Source: a virus. From it: a stretch of 24,940 bases of DNA. Location: UHGV virus genome UHGV-1283097; one strand, given 5' to 3'. Within the stretch, counting starts at the first letter, position 1. The number at the start of each line of letters is the position of its first letter. The notes beneath the pieces were generated by a model. That model worked only from the letters and a program-made list of their open reading frames with translations. It did no database searches and had not been told where the DNA came from. This document shows, piece by piece, positions 1 through 8,881 of this stretch. The position numbers were made by a program, and so were the translations under genes.

Positions 1-255
1 ATTAACAGCTCCATACCATTCTGGATATGTTGTCGTTGTTCTATTTTTGGTTTGCTTAAGTAATAACTGAAGTGCTTCGAGAAGGTCAGGTGCTGCCGCT
101 ATTAGATTGGCATCTTCAATGCATTGAACTTCCTCACAGATTGCAATATACGAACGCCAGCCTGCGCCATTTTCAAGTGAGTCTGCCTGGATGATTTTAA
201 TCTCATCGCCATCCATCATTATTTCCCACTTACCTTCAGTACCTTTAAATTCCAT
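1..255 (-). CDS. Early-left hypothetical protein, partial (start codon in window, 3' end beyond window start); possibly Ea22-like
   Basis: ATG at 255..253 preceded by GAGG; open frame to position 1 (85 codons). Product begins MEFKGTEGKWEIMMDGDEIKIIQADSLENGAGW and contains an AAPDLLEAL motif. Not in the ORF track because no stop lies in the window. Confidence 0.5.
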   Translation of the reverse strand, partial: MEFKGTEGKWEIMMDGDEIKIIQADSLENGAGWRSYIAICEEVQCIEDANLIAAAPDLLEALQLLLKQTKNRTTTTYPEWYGAVN

Positions 256-294
256 GTTAGCCTCTGTTGTTTATGCCAAAAATGAAGGCCACCA

Positions 295-546
295 TCAGGC
301 AGCCTTGTTGTAAATGTTGCAGGTATCAAGTAAGTAATTAGATGGAGCGCCATAAATTATGAATTCATCGTTTGTCGGGTCCATCTCCATCTCTTGGCCT
401 ATTGCCATTCTTGCGTCAGTGTCATCAGCGGCGAAACATAAAACAGCCCACGCACCCATTGTTTTAAAAAGAACTGCAATTGGCTGTGGTTTTACTGAAT
501 TTGCGTTAGCGCGAAAATCACAAATCGCACTTTCATGAAATTCCAT
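295..546 (-). CDS. Hypothetical 83-aa early-left protein immediately downstream of N
   Basis: ATG lies 8 nt after the N stop, with a GGTGAG Shine-Dalgarno-like sequence in the gap, suggesting translational coupling. No recognisable family; C-terminal ...NKAA only loosely recalls lambda Ral. Confidence 0.45.
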   Translation of the reverse strand: MEFHESAICDFRANANSVKPQPIAVLFKTMGAWAVLCFAADDTDARMAIGQEMEMDPTNDEFIIYGAPSNYLLDTCNIYNKAA

Positions 547-554
547 ATCTCACC

Positions 555-881
555 TCAAATAAGTGGTTTGCTGCCTAATTTCATTTTCTGGCGACCAACA
601 CAAGTCACGCCCATTTCACTGCGTGGCTTGCTGTACCATGTGCGCTGATTCTTGCGCTCAATACGTTGCAGGTTGCTTTCAATCTGTTCGTGGTATTCAG
701 CCAGCGCCGTAAGGTCTATCGGATTCAGTGCGCTTTCTACTCGTGATTTCGGTTTGCGATTCAGCGAGAGAATAGGGCGGCTAACTGGTTTTGCGCTTAC
801 CCCAACCAACAGGGGATTTGCTGCTTTCCATTGAGCCTGTTTCTCTGCGCGACGTTCGCGGCGGCGTGTTTGTGCATCCAT
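555..881 (-). CDS. N: Antitermination protein N (lambda-type)
   Basis: Translation MDAQTRRRERRAEKQAQWKAANPLLVGVSAKPV... matches lambda N from memory, including the arginine-rich RNA-binding N-terminus. AGGAGAA Shine-Dalgarno upstream of ATG at 881. The ORF-track N-terminal extension to 932 is not used. Confidence 0.93.
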   Translation of the reverse strand: MDAQTRRRERRAEKQAQWKAANPLLVGVSAKPVSRPILSLNRKPKSRVESALNPIDLTALAEYHEQIESNLQRIERKNQRTWYSKPRSEMGVTCVGRQKMKLGSKPLI

Positions 882-1053
882 CTGGATTCTCCTGTCAGTT
901 AGCTTTGGTGGTGTGGTAGGTGGGAGACCCATTTCGACCTGCTTCGGCCGACTTCAATTCGGCAATAGTTCCGCAGGCCTCGCCGCTTTACGTGCGACAT
1001 ATTCCCATCCATGAACCCTTCACCACACCCCAAAGCCTTCTGCTTTGAATGCT

Positions 1054-1084
1054 GCCCTTCTTCAGGGCTAAATTTTTAAGAGCC
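1054..1084 (-). promoter_or_regulatory. nutL site (boxB hairpin GCCCTGAAGAAGGGC plus boxA-like GCTCTTAA)
   Basis: Reverse complement of 1054..1068 is GCCCTGAAGAAGGGC (lambda boxB), with a boxA-like GCTCTTAA just upstream on the minus strand, between pL/OL and N. Confidence 0.85.
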
Positions 1085-1128
1085 TCACCTTCAATGGTGG
1101 TTAGTGCGTCCTGCTGATGGCTTAAAAT

Positions 1129-1197
1129 TACAAGAAAGATTGTATGTTGCAAACAAGAAATATTGTAAAAATGGGCGTGAAAAACAAACTCCATTGT
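1129..1197 (-). promoter_or_regulatory. OL operator cluster / pL region (434-type operators)
   Basis: Three 14-bp ACAA-N6-TTGT sites: ACAAGAAAGATTGT (1129..1142), ACAAGAAATATTGT (1153..1166), ACAAACTCCATTGT (1184..1197), upstream of nutL and N on the minus strand. Confidence 0.8.
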
Positions 1198-1247
1198 TTT
1201 TAAACGGAAAATAGTTTGTTTTTTGGTTGTCGAAATTGAGGTGAGGA

Positions 1248-2600
<1,353 letters not shown>

Positions 2601-2608
2601 GACATTCC

Positions 2609-2640
2609 CGCTCTTACACATCCCAGCCCTGAAAAAGGGC
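2609..2640 (+). promoter_or_regulatory. nutR (boxA CGCTCTTACACA plus boxB GCCCTGAAAAAGGGC), followed by tR1 region
   Basis: Sequence reads as lambda nutR from memory; downstream segment to cII resembles the lambda tR1 / cII leader. Confidence 0.85.
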
Positions 2641-2719
2641 ATCAAATTAAACCACACCTATGGTGTATGCATTTATTTGCATACATTCAATCAATTGTTA
2701 TCTAAGGAAATACTTACAT

Positions 2720-2998
2720 ATGCAACTTACAAGTACTCGCAAGAAAGCGAATGCAATTACAAGCAACATCCTGAATCGAATTGCTGTACGTGGTCAGCGA
2801 AAGGTTGCCGACGCGTTAGGGGTTAATGAATCGCAAATTTCGCGATGGAAAGACAGCTTCATCCCCAAAATGGGAATGCTTCTGGCTGTTCTTGAATGGG
2901 GTGTTGAAGACGAGGAGTTGGCGGAACTGGCTAAGAAAGTAGCCAGAATGCTGACAAAAGAAAAAGCCCCGAAGAACGGCGAATTCTTCGAGGCCTAA
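2720..2998 (+). CDS. cII: CII-type transcriptional activator (P22 c1 / lambda cII family)
   Basis: MQLTSTRKKANAITSNILNRIAVRGQRKVADALGVNESQISRWKDSFIPKMGMLLAVLEWGV... aligns with lambda CII (…SQISRWKRDWIPKFSMLLAVLEWGV…). ATG at 2720 with lambda-like leader AAGGAAATACTTACAT. ORF-track start 2660 rejected. Confidence 0.9.
   Translation: MQLTSTRKKANAITSNILNRIAVRGQRKVADALGVNESQISRWKDSFIPKMGMLLAVLEWGVEDEELAELAKKVARMLTKEKAPKNGEFFEA
2742..2755 (-). promoter_or_regulatory. Putative pRE -35 region with CII site (TTGC-N6-TTGC on minus strand)
   Basis: Plus-strand GCAATTACAAGCAA is TTGCTTGTAATTGC on the minus strand, positioned just inside the 5' end of cII as in lambda pRE. Confidence 0.55.
2957..2992 (-). 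terminator. Minus-strand intrinsic terminator at the cII 3' end (OOP-like antisense RNA terminator)
   Basis: Palindromic 7-bp stem CGAAGAA / TTCTTCG (2970..2976 with 2984..2990), 7-nt loop, followed on the minus strand by CTTTTTCTTTT. Confidence 0.5.
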
Positions 2999-3032
2999 TG
3001 TAGAAAGACTGGATCAATCCACGGGAGTAATT

Positions 3033-3194
3033 ATGACAAAACGTCGTAAGAAATACCAGGAAAAAGAAGAGATTCGACACCCTGATTCACCTGAGGGATT
3101 AGTGGTAGCCGCAGCAAATAACAGGGCGTTCGCAGAGCGCCTTGTTGGTGTTTACAGACTAGCCAAAGCAGGAGTGAAACATGGGCGTCGTTAA
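3033..3194 (+). CDS. Small basic protein (53 aa) between cII and the replication initiator
   Basis: ATG at 3033 preceded by GGGAG; product MTKRRKKYQEKEEIRHPDSPEGLVVAAANNRAFAERLVGVYRLAKAGVKHGRR; overlaps the O-like start by 14 nt. Under the 60-aa ORF-track cutoff. Confidence 0.4.
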   Translation: MTKRRKKYQEKEEIRHPDSPEGLVVAAANNRAFAERLVGVYRLAKAGVKHGRR

Positions 3195-4071
3195 GTTAGC
3201 TGATTACAGGCATAACCCTGTACAACATCAGGAGGCATCCAGTATGGGGTATGTCTCTATACACCGCCAGTTTATGGACAGCAGGCTCTATAAGGACTCT
3301 CAGGCAGTACATCTTTGGCTTCACTTAATCCTCAAGGCTAATCACGAATCTACTGTCGTCAATACGGTTATCGGGCCGATAACTGTTGATCGCGGTCAGA
3401 TGATAACTGGACGCCCGTCGCTGGTCAGAGAAACATTCATCCCCGACAACAAAGTTAGGAGCTTATTGCGGACTTTTGAGTCGAAAGGGATGCTTAATAT
3501 TTGCTCGATGGGGAAGAAATTTAGCCTGTTTACAATCGTTAAATATGACGATTTTCAGGCAAAAAATTGTCCAACGGTTGTCCAACGGTTGTCCAACGCA
3601 AACACCAGTAATGGCGCGGCTCTCAGCGGAGATTGTCCAACGGTTGTCCAACGGTTGTCCATAAACAATAATATAAATAATATCTCTAATACTGACGTAT
3701 TAGAGAGTACCGCAGCAGACAAAAAGTCTGACAAGAAAAAACCTTCCGTCAGCTGTCAGGATGTTGTCGATGCTTACCACGAAATCCTTCCTGAAGCGCC
3801 AAGAATCCGCGCACTGAATGACAAGCGTAAAAACCAGATCCGAACGTTCTGGCGCAAAGCCGGAGTGATAACCCGACAGCTTGACGGGCATGGGTTCACG
3901 ATGCAGGACTGGAGAAATTATTTGAGCTACGTAGGCGAAAATTGCCGATGGATGTTCGAAGAACGCCCAAACCATCAACGCGGAACCGTCTGGCACAAAA
4001 AGGGATTTGATTTCCTGCTTAACGACAATACCTACCTGAAAGTTCGTGAGGGTGAACATGATGACCGATAA
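3181..4071 (+). CDS. Replication initiator (O-like / P22 gene 18-like), origin iterons inside the gene
   Basis: Position after cII, AGGAG Shine-Dalgarno, internal iteron array, and a downstream overlapping helicase gene. The iterons encode a repeated CPTVVQRLSN peptide. Confidence 0.85.
   Translation: MGVVKLADYRHNPVQHQEASSMGYVSIHRQFMDSRLYKDSQAVHLWLHLILKANHESTVVNTVIGPITVDRGQMITGRPSLVRETFIPDNKVRSLLRTFESKGMLNICSMGKKFSLFTIVKYDDFQAKNCPTVVQRLSNANTSNGAALSGDCPTVVQRLSINNNINNISNTDVLESTAADKKSDKKKPSVSCQDVVDAYHEILPEAPRIRALNDKRKNQIRTFWRKAGVITRQLDGHGFTMQDWRNYLSYVGENCRWMFEERPNHQRGTVWHKKGFDFLLNDNTYLKVREGEHDDR
3567..3700. repeat. Replication origin: six 11-bp iterons (TTGTCCAACGG) in two triplets plus adjacent AT-rich unwinding region
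   Basis: Tandem TTGTCCAACGG x3 at 3567..3599 and x3 at 3633..3665 (the last copy of each triplet degenerate), followed by ATAAACAATAATATAAATAATATCTCTAATA. Confidence 0.85.
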
Positions 4072-5497
4072 TTTTTATGCGCCGCCCCATAGCATCGAGG
4101 CAGAGCAGGCGGTGATTGGTGGATTGCTTCTGGATGATGACAGCAGTGAGCGCGTCCAGAAAGTTCTGGCGATGCTGAAGCCCGATTCATTTTACAGCCG
4201 ACCACACAAAATCCTTTTCGAAGAAATAACCAGAATGCACCGGGAGCAAAAGCCAGTAGATGGCCTGACGCTTTTCGATGAACTGGAGCGTAAATCGTTA
4301 ACGGTGTCTGTTGGCGGTTTTGCTTATATCGCTGAGATCGCAAAGAACACGCCAAGCGCAGCAAACATCGTTGCCTATGCAATGCAGGTTCGTGAAACCG
4401 CAATGGAACGCTACGCCATCAACCGCATGACTGAAGCGACGGAATTGCTCTATTCCCGCAACGGAATGACTGCAACGCAGAAGTACGAAGCTATTCAGGC
4501 GATTTTCACGCAACTGACAGACCATGCAAAAACCGGATCGCGTCGCGGCCTTCGCTCATTTGGTGAGGTCATGGAAGACTGGGTTAGCGACCTTGAGAAG
4601 CGATCTGACCCGTCAGGCGAACAACGAGGAATGAGCACAGGGATCCCATCTCTGGACAGGATGCTGTCACCGAAAGGTCTGGTGAAAGGCTCTCTGTTCG
4701 TCATTGGCGCTCGCCCTAAGATGGGGAAAACGACGCTATACAGCCAGATGGCAATCAACTGCGCAGTGCATGAGAAAAAGCCAGCTCTGATGTTCAGCCT
4801 TGAAATGCCAGGTGACCAGATACTGGAAAAACTGGTAGGGCAGAAGTCTGGTGTTAACCCGAATATTTTTTACCTTCCGGCGACAAATGACGCTGATGAC
4901 GGCTATCAGGGTGATTACGATGGTGACTTCAACAGGGCGATCGAAACAGCAAATCGCTTGAGTGAAATCGACCTGCTTTACATCGACGACACGCCGGGAT
5001 TATCTCTGGCTCAAATCGTCAGCGAAAGCCGTCGAATCAAGCGAGAAAAAGGATGTGTTGGCATGATTCTGGTCGATTACCTGACACTAATGACCGCTGA
5101 AAAGGCCGATCGCAACGACCTTGCTTACGGCATGATCACCAAAGGACTGAAGAACCTTGCCAAAGAGCTTGATTGCGTTGTTGTGCTTCTGACACAGCTT
5201 AACCGCGCACTGGAAAGCCGAACCAATAAACGCCCATTACCAAGTGACTCACGAGATACAGGGCAGATTGAACAGGATTGCGATTATTGGGTGGGGATCC
5301 ATCGTGAAGGTGCTTTTGATGACAGCGTTCCTCCTGGTGAAACCGAACTAATCCTTCGTCTCAATCGTCATGGCAATACCGGCACGGTGTATTGCATTCA
5401 GGTAAATGGCGCTATTTATGACACAGACCAACAGTCTGCTGAAATGCGCCGACGTGAACGCGAGGAACCGCAGTCCAAGAAGAAAGGAGGATTCTGA
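4058..5497 (+). CDS. Replicative DNA helicase, DnaB family (P22 gene 12-like)
   Basis: DnaB N-terminal signature (HSIEAEQAVIGGLLLD), Walker A GARPKMGKTT, Walker B LVDYLTLM, and arginine-finger region. Start overlaps the O-like stop (ATGATGA). Confidence 0.9.
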   Translation: MMTDNFYAPPHSIEAEQAVIGGLLLDDDSSERVQKVLAMLKPDSFYSRPHKILFEEITRMHREQKPVDGLTLFDELERKSLTVSVGGFAYIAEIAKNTPSAANIVAYAMQVRETAMERYAINRMTEATELLYSRNGMTATQKYEAIQAIFTQLTDHAKTGSRRGLRSFGEVMEDWVSDLEKRSDPSGEQRGMSTGIPSLDRMLSPKGLVKGSLFVIGARPKMGKTTLYSQMAINCAVHEKKPALMFSLEMPGDQILEKLVGQKSGVNPNIFYLPATNDADDGYQGDYDGDFNRAIETANRLSEIDLLYIDDTPGLSLAQIVSESRRIKREKGCVGMILVDYLTLMTAEKADRNDLAYGMITKGLKNLAKELDCVVVLLTQLNRALESRTNKRPLPSDSRDTGQIEQDCDYWVGIHREGAFDDSVPPGETELILRLNRHGNTGTVYCIQVNGAIYDTDQQSAEMRRREREEPQSKKKGGF

Positions 5498-5525
5498 TGA
5501 CCATCTACATCACTGAGCTAATAAC

Positions 5526-5557
5526 AGGCCTGCTGGTAATCGCAGGCCTTTTTATTT
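5526..5557 (+). terminator. Intrinsic terminator (tR2-like) before the nin operon
   Basis: AGGCCTGC / GCAGGCCT 8-bp stem with 8-nt loop followed by TTTTTATTT; this is the position of tR2 in lambda. Confidence 0.75.
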
Positions 5558-5572
5558 GGGGGAGAGGGAGTC

Positions 5573-6013
5573 ATGAAAAAACTAACCTTTGAAATTCGAT
5601 CTCCAGCACATCAGCAAAACGCTATTCACGCAGTACAGCAAATTCTTCCAGACCCAACCAAACCAATCGTAGTAACCATTCAGGAACGCAACCGCAGCTT
5701 AGACCAAAACCGAAAGCTTTGGGCCTGCTTAGGTGACGTCTCTCGTCAGGTTGAATGGCATGGTCGCTGGCTGGATGCAGAAAGCTGGAAGTGTGTGTTT
5801 ACCGCAGCATTAAAGCAGCAGGATGTTGTTCCTAACCTTGCCGGGAATGGCTTTGTGGTAATAGGCCAGTCAACCAGCAGGATGCGTGTAAGCGAATTTG
5901 CGGAGCTATTAGAGCTTATACAGGCATTCGGTACAGAGCGTGGCGTTAAGTGGTCAGACGAAGCGCGACTGGCTCTCGAATGGAAAGCGCGATGGGGAGA
6001 CAGGGCGGCATGA
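5573..6013 (+). CDS. ninB: NinB (Orf-family recombination mediator)
   Basis: 146 aa, [27 protein letters not shown]... matches lambda NinB from memory; GGGAG Shine-Dalgarno. Confidence 0.9.
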   Translation: MKKLTFEIRSPAHQQNAIHAVQQILPDPTKPIVVTIQERNRSLDQNRKLWACLGDVSRQVEWHGRWLDAESWKCVFTAALKQQDVVPNLAGNGFVVIGQSTSRMRVSEFAELLELIQAFGTERGVKWSDEARLALEWKARWGDRAA

Positions 6014-6186
6014 GACGACAGCGACGAAGTATCACCGACATAATCTGCGAAAACTGCAAATACCTTCCAACGAAACGCTCCAGAAATAAACGCAAGCCAA
6101 TCCCAAAAGAATCTGACGTAAAAACCTTCAATTACACAGCTCACCTGTGGGATATCCGGTGGCTAAGAAATCGTGCGAGGAAATGA
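6010..6186 (+). CDS. ninE: NinE-like protein
   Basis: [58 protein letters not shown] matches lambda NinE from memory; ATGA overlap with the ninB stop. Confidence 0.8.
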   Translation: MRRQRRSITDIICENCKYLPTKRSRNKRKPIPKESDVKTFNYTAHLWDIRWLRNRARK

Positions 6187-6566
6187 CAATGGATTATTCA
6201 CAGTTAAGTGATTTTGAAATTAACAAGCGAGTGGCAATCGCAAATGGACTTTTGGTTCAGGGCATTGATGATAGTAAAGCCACTGGAATGACTAGCAAAT
6301 ATCACGAACTCCGGCCGCACACTGTTTGGGTGAGTGATGGTAAAAACCCATGGGTGCAATATGCACCAACTCTTTGCTGGGAGGATGCTGGACCTGTCAT
6401 CTTGAAGAATCGCATCAGTCTTGTTTGGGATTGCGCTGAAGATGGCAGTTCTGAATGGTGGAATTCTGTTGATCAGTTCGATTCTTGCCGAGTTCAGTAC
6501 CAGTCTAATCCCCTCCGCGCCGCCATGATTGTATTTCTCATGATGCAGGACGCCAATAATGCTTAG
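6183..6566 (+). CDS. nin-region protein, 127 aa (DUF2591-like / NinX-like), unknown function
   Basis: ATGA overlap with the ninE stop; GAGGA Shine-Dalgarno. Family assignment is from memory and tentative. Confidence 0.65.
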   Translation: MTMDYSQLSDFEINKRVAIANGLLVQGIDDSKATGMTSKYHELRPHTVWVSDGKNPWVQYAPTLCWEDAGPVILKNRISLVWDCAEDGSSEWWNSVDQFDSCRVQYQSNPLRAAMIVFLMMQDANNA

Positions 6567-6735
6567 CCCATCCCAATCCCTTCAATACCAGAAAGAAAGC
6601 GTCGAGCGGGCTTTAACGTGCGCTAACTGCGGTCAGAAGCTGCATGTGCTGGAAGTTCACGTGTGCTCCGATTGCTGCGCAGAACTGATGAGCGATCCGA
6701 ATAGCTCAATGTACGAGGAAGAAGACGATGAGTGA
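6559..6735 (+). CDS. ninF: NinF-like protein (Cys-rich)
   Basis: [58 protein letters not shown] matches lambda NinF from memory; under the ORF-track length cutoff. Confidence 0.8.
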   Translation: MLSPSQSLQYQKESVERALTCANCGQKLHVLEVHVCSDCCAELMSDPNSSMYEEEDDE

Positions 6736-6997
6736 TTTCTCTGAGCTTATTTCCTTCAAAAAAGACAGAGAAGAAATGCGGACTGAATCTGTCTATTACG
6801 TTCAACACCGGAATAAACGCTCTGTGCTTGATCAGGAGCTGGTTATTACCGGAGACCTGGCATTCAGAACATATAAGGCCAGCATGGAAATGAAGGATTT
6901 CCCTAAATGTGGTTCTGAAAGAGAAGCCGCGTTAAAGCTGGCAGAGTGGATGCAGAGAATGGCTGCTGCAATTGAGAATTACTGGAGCGAACCATAA
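6728..6997 (+). CDS. nin-region hypothetical protein (89 aa)
   Basis: Translationally coupled (start overlaps ninF stop, its own stop overlaps the next start); no recognisable motif. Confidence 0.65.
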   Translation: MSDFSELISFKKDREEMRTESVYYVQHRNKRSVLDQELVITGDLAFRTYKASMEMKDFPKCGSEREAALKLAEWMQRMAAAIENYWSEP

Positions 6998-7287
6998 TGG
7001 CTAACCTACGCAAAGAAGCACGCGGCAGAGAATGCCAGGTACGTATTTACGGCGTATGCAATGGCAATCCTGAAACTACAGTTCTGGCACATTACCGGAT
7101 GGCTGGAATTTGCGGAACGGGAATGAAACCTGACGACCTGATCGGTGCATGGGCTTGTAGCGCGTGTCACGATGAAATCGACCGACGTACCCATAACCTC
7201 GACAACAAAGACGCCAGACTTTACCACCTCGAAGGCGTGATCAGGACGCAGGCGATACTGCTGAGGGAGGGGAAGATTAAGCCATGA
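6997..7287 (+). CDS. YbcO-like (DUF1364) Cys-rich putative metal-dependent nuclease
   Basis: MANLRKEARGRECQVRIYGVCNGNPETTVLAHYRMAGICGTGMKPDDLIGAWACSACHDEIDRR... resembles DLP12 YbcO from memory, with a conserved Cys pattern. Confidence 0.8.
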   Translation: MANLRKEARGRECQVRIYGVCNGNPETTVLAHYRMAGICGTGMKPDDLIGAWACSACHDEIDRRTHNLDNKDARLYHLEGVIRTQAILLREGKIKP

Positions 7288-7646
7288 ACGAATATCAGTT
7301 TGTGCTTCCATACCCGCCGTCGGTGAATACCTACTGGCGAAGACGGGGAAGCCAATACTACATCAGCGATAAAGGCCAGAAATACCGAAAAGATGTACAG
7401 CAAATAATCCGCCAACTCAAGTTAGACATTTTCACCAAATCACGACTCCGCATCAAAGTCATCGCAGACGTTCCAGACTCCCGCCGCCGCGACCTCGATA
7501 ACATCCTGAAAGGTTTACTCGATTCCCTTATCCACGCCGGATTTGCGGAAGACGACGAGCAATTCGATGACATTCGCGTAATTCGTGGTGTGAAAGTACC
7601 AGGCGGACGGCTTGGAATAAAAATCACCGAACTGGAGAACGCATGA
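7284..7646 (+). CDS. rusA: RusA Holliday-junction resolvase
   Basis: 120 aa with LPYPPSVNTYW and DVPDSRRRDLDN motifs (catalytic Asp cluster) characteristic of RusA; ATGA-coupled. Confidence 0.9.
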   Translation: MNEYQFVLPYPPSVNTYWRRRGSQYYISDKGQKYRKDVQQIIRQLKLDIFTKSRLRIKVIADVPDSRRRDLDNILKGLLDSLIHAGFAEDDEQFDDIRVIRGVKVPGGRLGIKITELENA

Positions 7647-7831
7647 ACGCCACAATTCAAACGATACCAGAGCTTCTTATTCAGACACGAGGCAATCAGA
7701 CCGAAGTGGCGAGGATGCTTTCCTGCGCAAGAGGAACAGTGCTCAAGTACAACCGAGACAGCAAAGGCGAGCGTCACGTAATAGTTAACGGCGTCCTGAT
7801 GGTCAAACAGGGCAAGAGGGGTAGACCATGA
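7643..7831 (+). CDS. ninH: NinH-like protein
   Basis: ...YGNQTEVARMLSCARGTVLKYNRDSKGERHVIVNGVLMV resembles lambda NinH (HTH-like). Confidence 0.8.
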   Translation: MNATIQTIPELLIQTRGNQTEVARMLSCARGTVLKYNRDSKGERHVIVNGVLMVKQGKRGRP

Positions 7832-8451
7832 GACTCGAAAGTGTAGCTAAATTTCATTCGCCAAAAAGCCCGATGATGAGCGACTCACCACGGGCCACGG
7901 CTTCTGACTCTCTTTCCGGTACTGATGTGATGGCTGCTATGGGGATGGCGCAATCACAAGCCGGATTCGGAATGGCTGCATTCTGCGGTAAGCATGAACT
8001 CAGCCAGAACGACAAACAAAAGGCTATCAACTATCTGATGCAATTTGCACACAAGGTATCGGGGAAATACCGTGGCGTGGCAAAACTCGAAGGAAATACT
8101 AAGGCAAAGGTACTGCAAGTGCTCGCAACATTCGCTTATGCGGATTATTGCCGTAGTGCCGCGACGCCGGGCGCAAGATGCAGAGATTGCCACGGTACAG
8201 GCCGTGCGGTTGATATAGCAAAAACAGAGCAGTGGGGGAGAGTTGTCGAGAAAGAGTGCGGAAGATGCAAAGGCGTCGGCTATTCAAGGATGCCAGCAAG
8301 CGCAGCATATCGCGCTGTGACGATGCTAATCCCAAACCTTACCCAACCCACCTGGTCACGCACCGTTAAGCCGCTGTATGACGCTCTGGTGGTGCAATGC
8401 CACAAAGAAGAGTCAATCGCAGATAACATTTTGAATGCGGTCACACGTTAG
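7828..8451 (+). CDS. Q: Late antiterminator Q (lambda type)
   Basis: 207 aa, MRLESVAKFHSPKSPMMSDSPRATASDSLSGTDVMAAMGMAQSQAGFGMAAFCGKHELSQ... essentially lambda Q from memory, including the Cys4 zinc motif. Confidence 0.95.
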   Translation: MRLESVAKFHSPKSPMMSDSPRATASDSLSGTDVMAAMGMAQSQAGFGMAAFCGKHELSQNDKQKAINYLMQFAHKVSGKYRGVAKLEGNTKAKVLQVLATFAYADYCRSAATPGARCRDCHGTGRAVDIAKTEQWGRVVEKECGRCKGVGYSRMPASAAYRAVTMLIPNLTQPTWSRTVKPLYDALVVQCHKEESIADNILNAVTR

Positions 8452-8493
8452 CGGCATGATTGCCACGGATGGCAACATCTTTACGGCATGATA

Positions 8494-8522
8494 TTGACTT
8501 TTTGAATAAAGTTGGGTAAATT
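8494..8522 (+). promoter_or_regulatory. Late promoter pR' (-35 TTGACT, -10 TAAATT) with overlapping qut site
   Basis: TTGACT at 8494..8499, 17-bp spacer, TAAATT at 8517..8522; matches lambda pR'/qut from memory. Confidence 0.85.
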
Positions 8523-8662
8523 TGACCCAACGATGGGTTAATTCGCTCGTTGTGGTAGTGAGATGAAAAGAGGCGGCGCTTACTACCGATTCCGCCTAGT
8601 TGGTCACTTCGACGTATCGTCTGGAACTCCAACCATCGCAGGCTGAGAGGTCTGTAAAATGC

Positions 8663-8723
8663 AATCCCGAAACAGTTCGCAGGTAATAGTTAGATCCTGC
8701 ATAACGGTTTCGGGATTTTTTAT
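8663..8723 (+). terminator. tR' intrinsic terminator (end of 6S-like late leader RNA)
   Basis: Long hairpin AATCCCGAAAC ... GTTTCGGGATT followed by TTTTTTAT, as in lambda tR'. Confidence 0.85.
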
Positions 8724-8725
8724 TT

Positions 8726-8800
8726 GGGTCAGTCGTATAAAGGTCATTACGGAAGGCTGTTAACCTTCTTATCGTGGTTCGAGTCCACGCTGTCCCGCCA
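8726..8800 (+). tRNA. tRNA-Asn (anticodon GUU), phage-encoded
   Basis: Manually folded cloverleaf: acceptor GGGTCAG/CTGTCCC (one T-T mismatch), 3-bp D-stem, anticodon stem GAAGG/CCTTC with loop CTGTTAA, T-arm CGTGG-TTCGAGT-CCACG, discriminator G, encoded CCA. Confidence 0.7.
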
Positions 8801-8805
8801 AATAT

Positions 8806-8881
8806 GCTGGTTTAGCTCCAATGGTAGAGCAGTCGCCTTGTAAACGAATGGGTAGCGGTTCAAGTCCGTTAACCAGCACCA
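8806..8881 (+). tRNA. tRNA-Thr (anticodon UGU), phage-encoded, imperfect anticodon stem
   Basis: Perfect acceptor GCTGGTT/AACCAGC, D-arm GCTC-CAATGGTA-GAGC, T-arm AGCGG-TTCAAGT-CCGTT, encoded CCA. Anticodon loop CTTGTAA, but the stem closes with only 3 central base pairs. Confidence 0.6.

Noticed and set aside
652-834. 60-aa plus-strand ORF
   Set aside because: Lies entirely antisense within the well-supported N gene; no Shine-Dalgarno sequence; treated as a frame artefact.
988-1194. 68-aa minus-strand ORF
   Set aside because: Spans nutL and the OL operator/pL region, which is clearly regulatory DNA; low-complexity product.
3567-3665. Tandem 11-bp repeats considered as a possible CRISPR or other repeat array
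   Set aside because: Contiguous with no spacers, located inside the initiator gene next to an AT-rich stretch: these are origin iterons.
3463-4403. Antisense and alternative-frame ORFs within the initiator and helicase genes (3463..3651, 3476..3664, 3700..4059, 4032..4403, 4298..4525, 4495..4758)
   Set aside because: All lie inside or antisense to strongly supported replication genes; no independent translation signals.
5950-6186. 78-aa extended ninE ORF starting at 5950
   Set aside because: The extension overlaps the ninB 3' end; ATG 6010 overlapping the ninB stop gives the canonical [11 protein letters not shown]-terminus.
7358-7777. 139-aa minus-strand ORF across rusA/ninH
   Set aside because: Antisense to two translationally coupled, recognisable nin genes.
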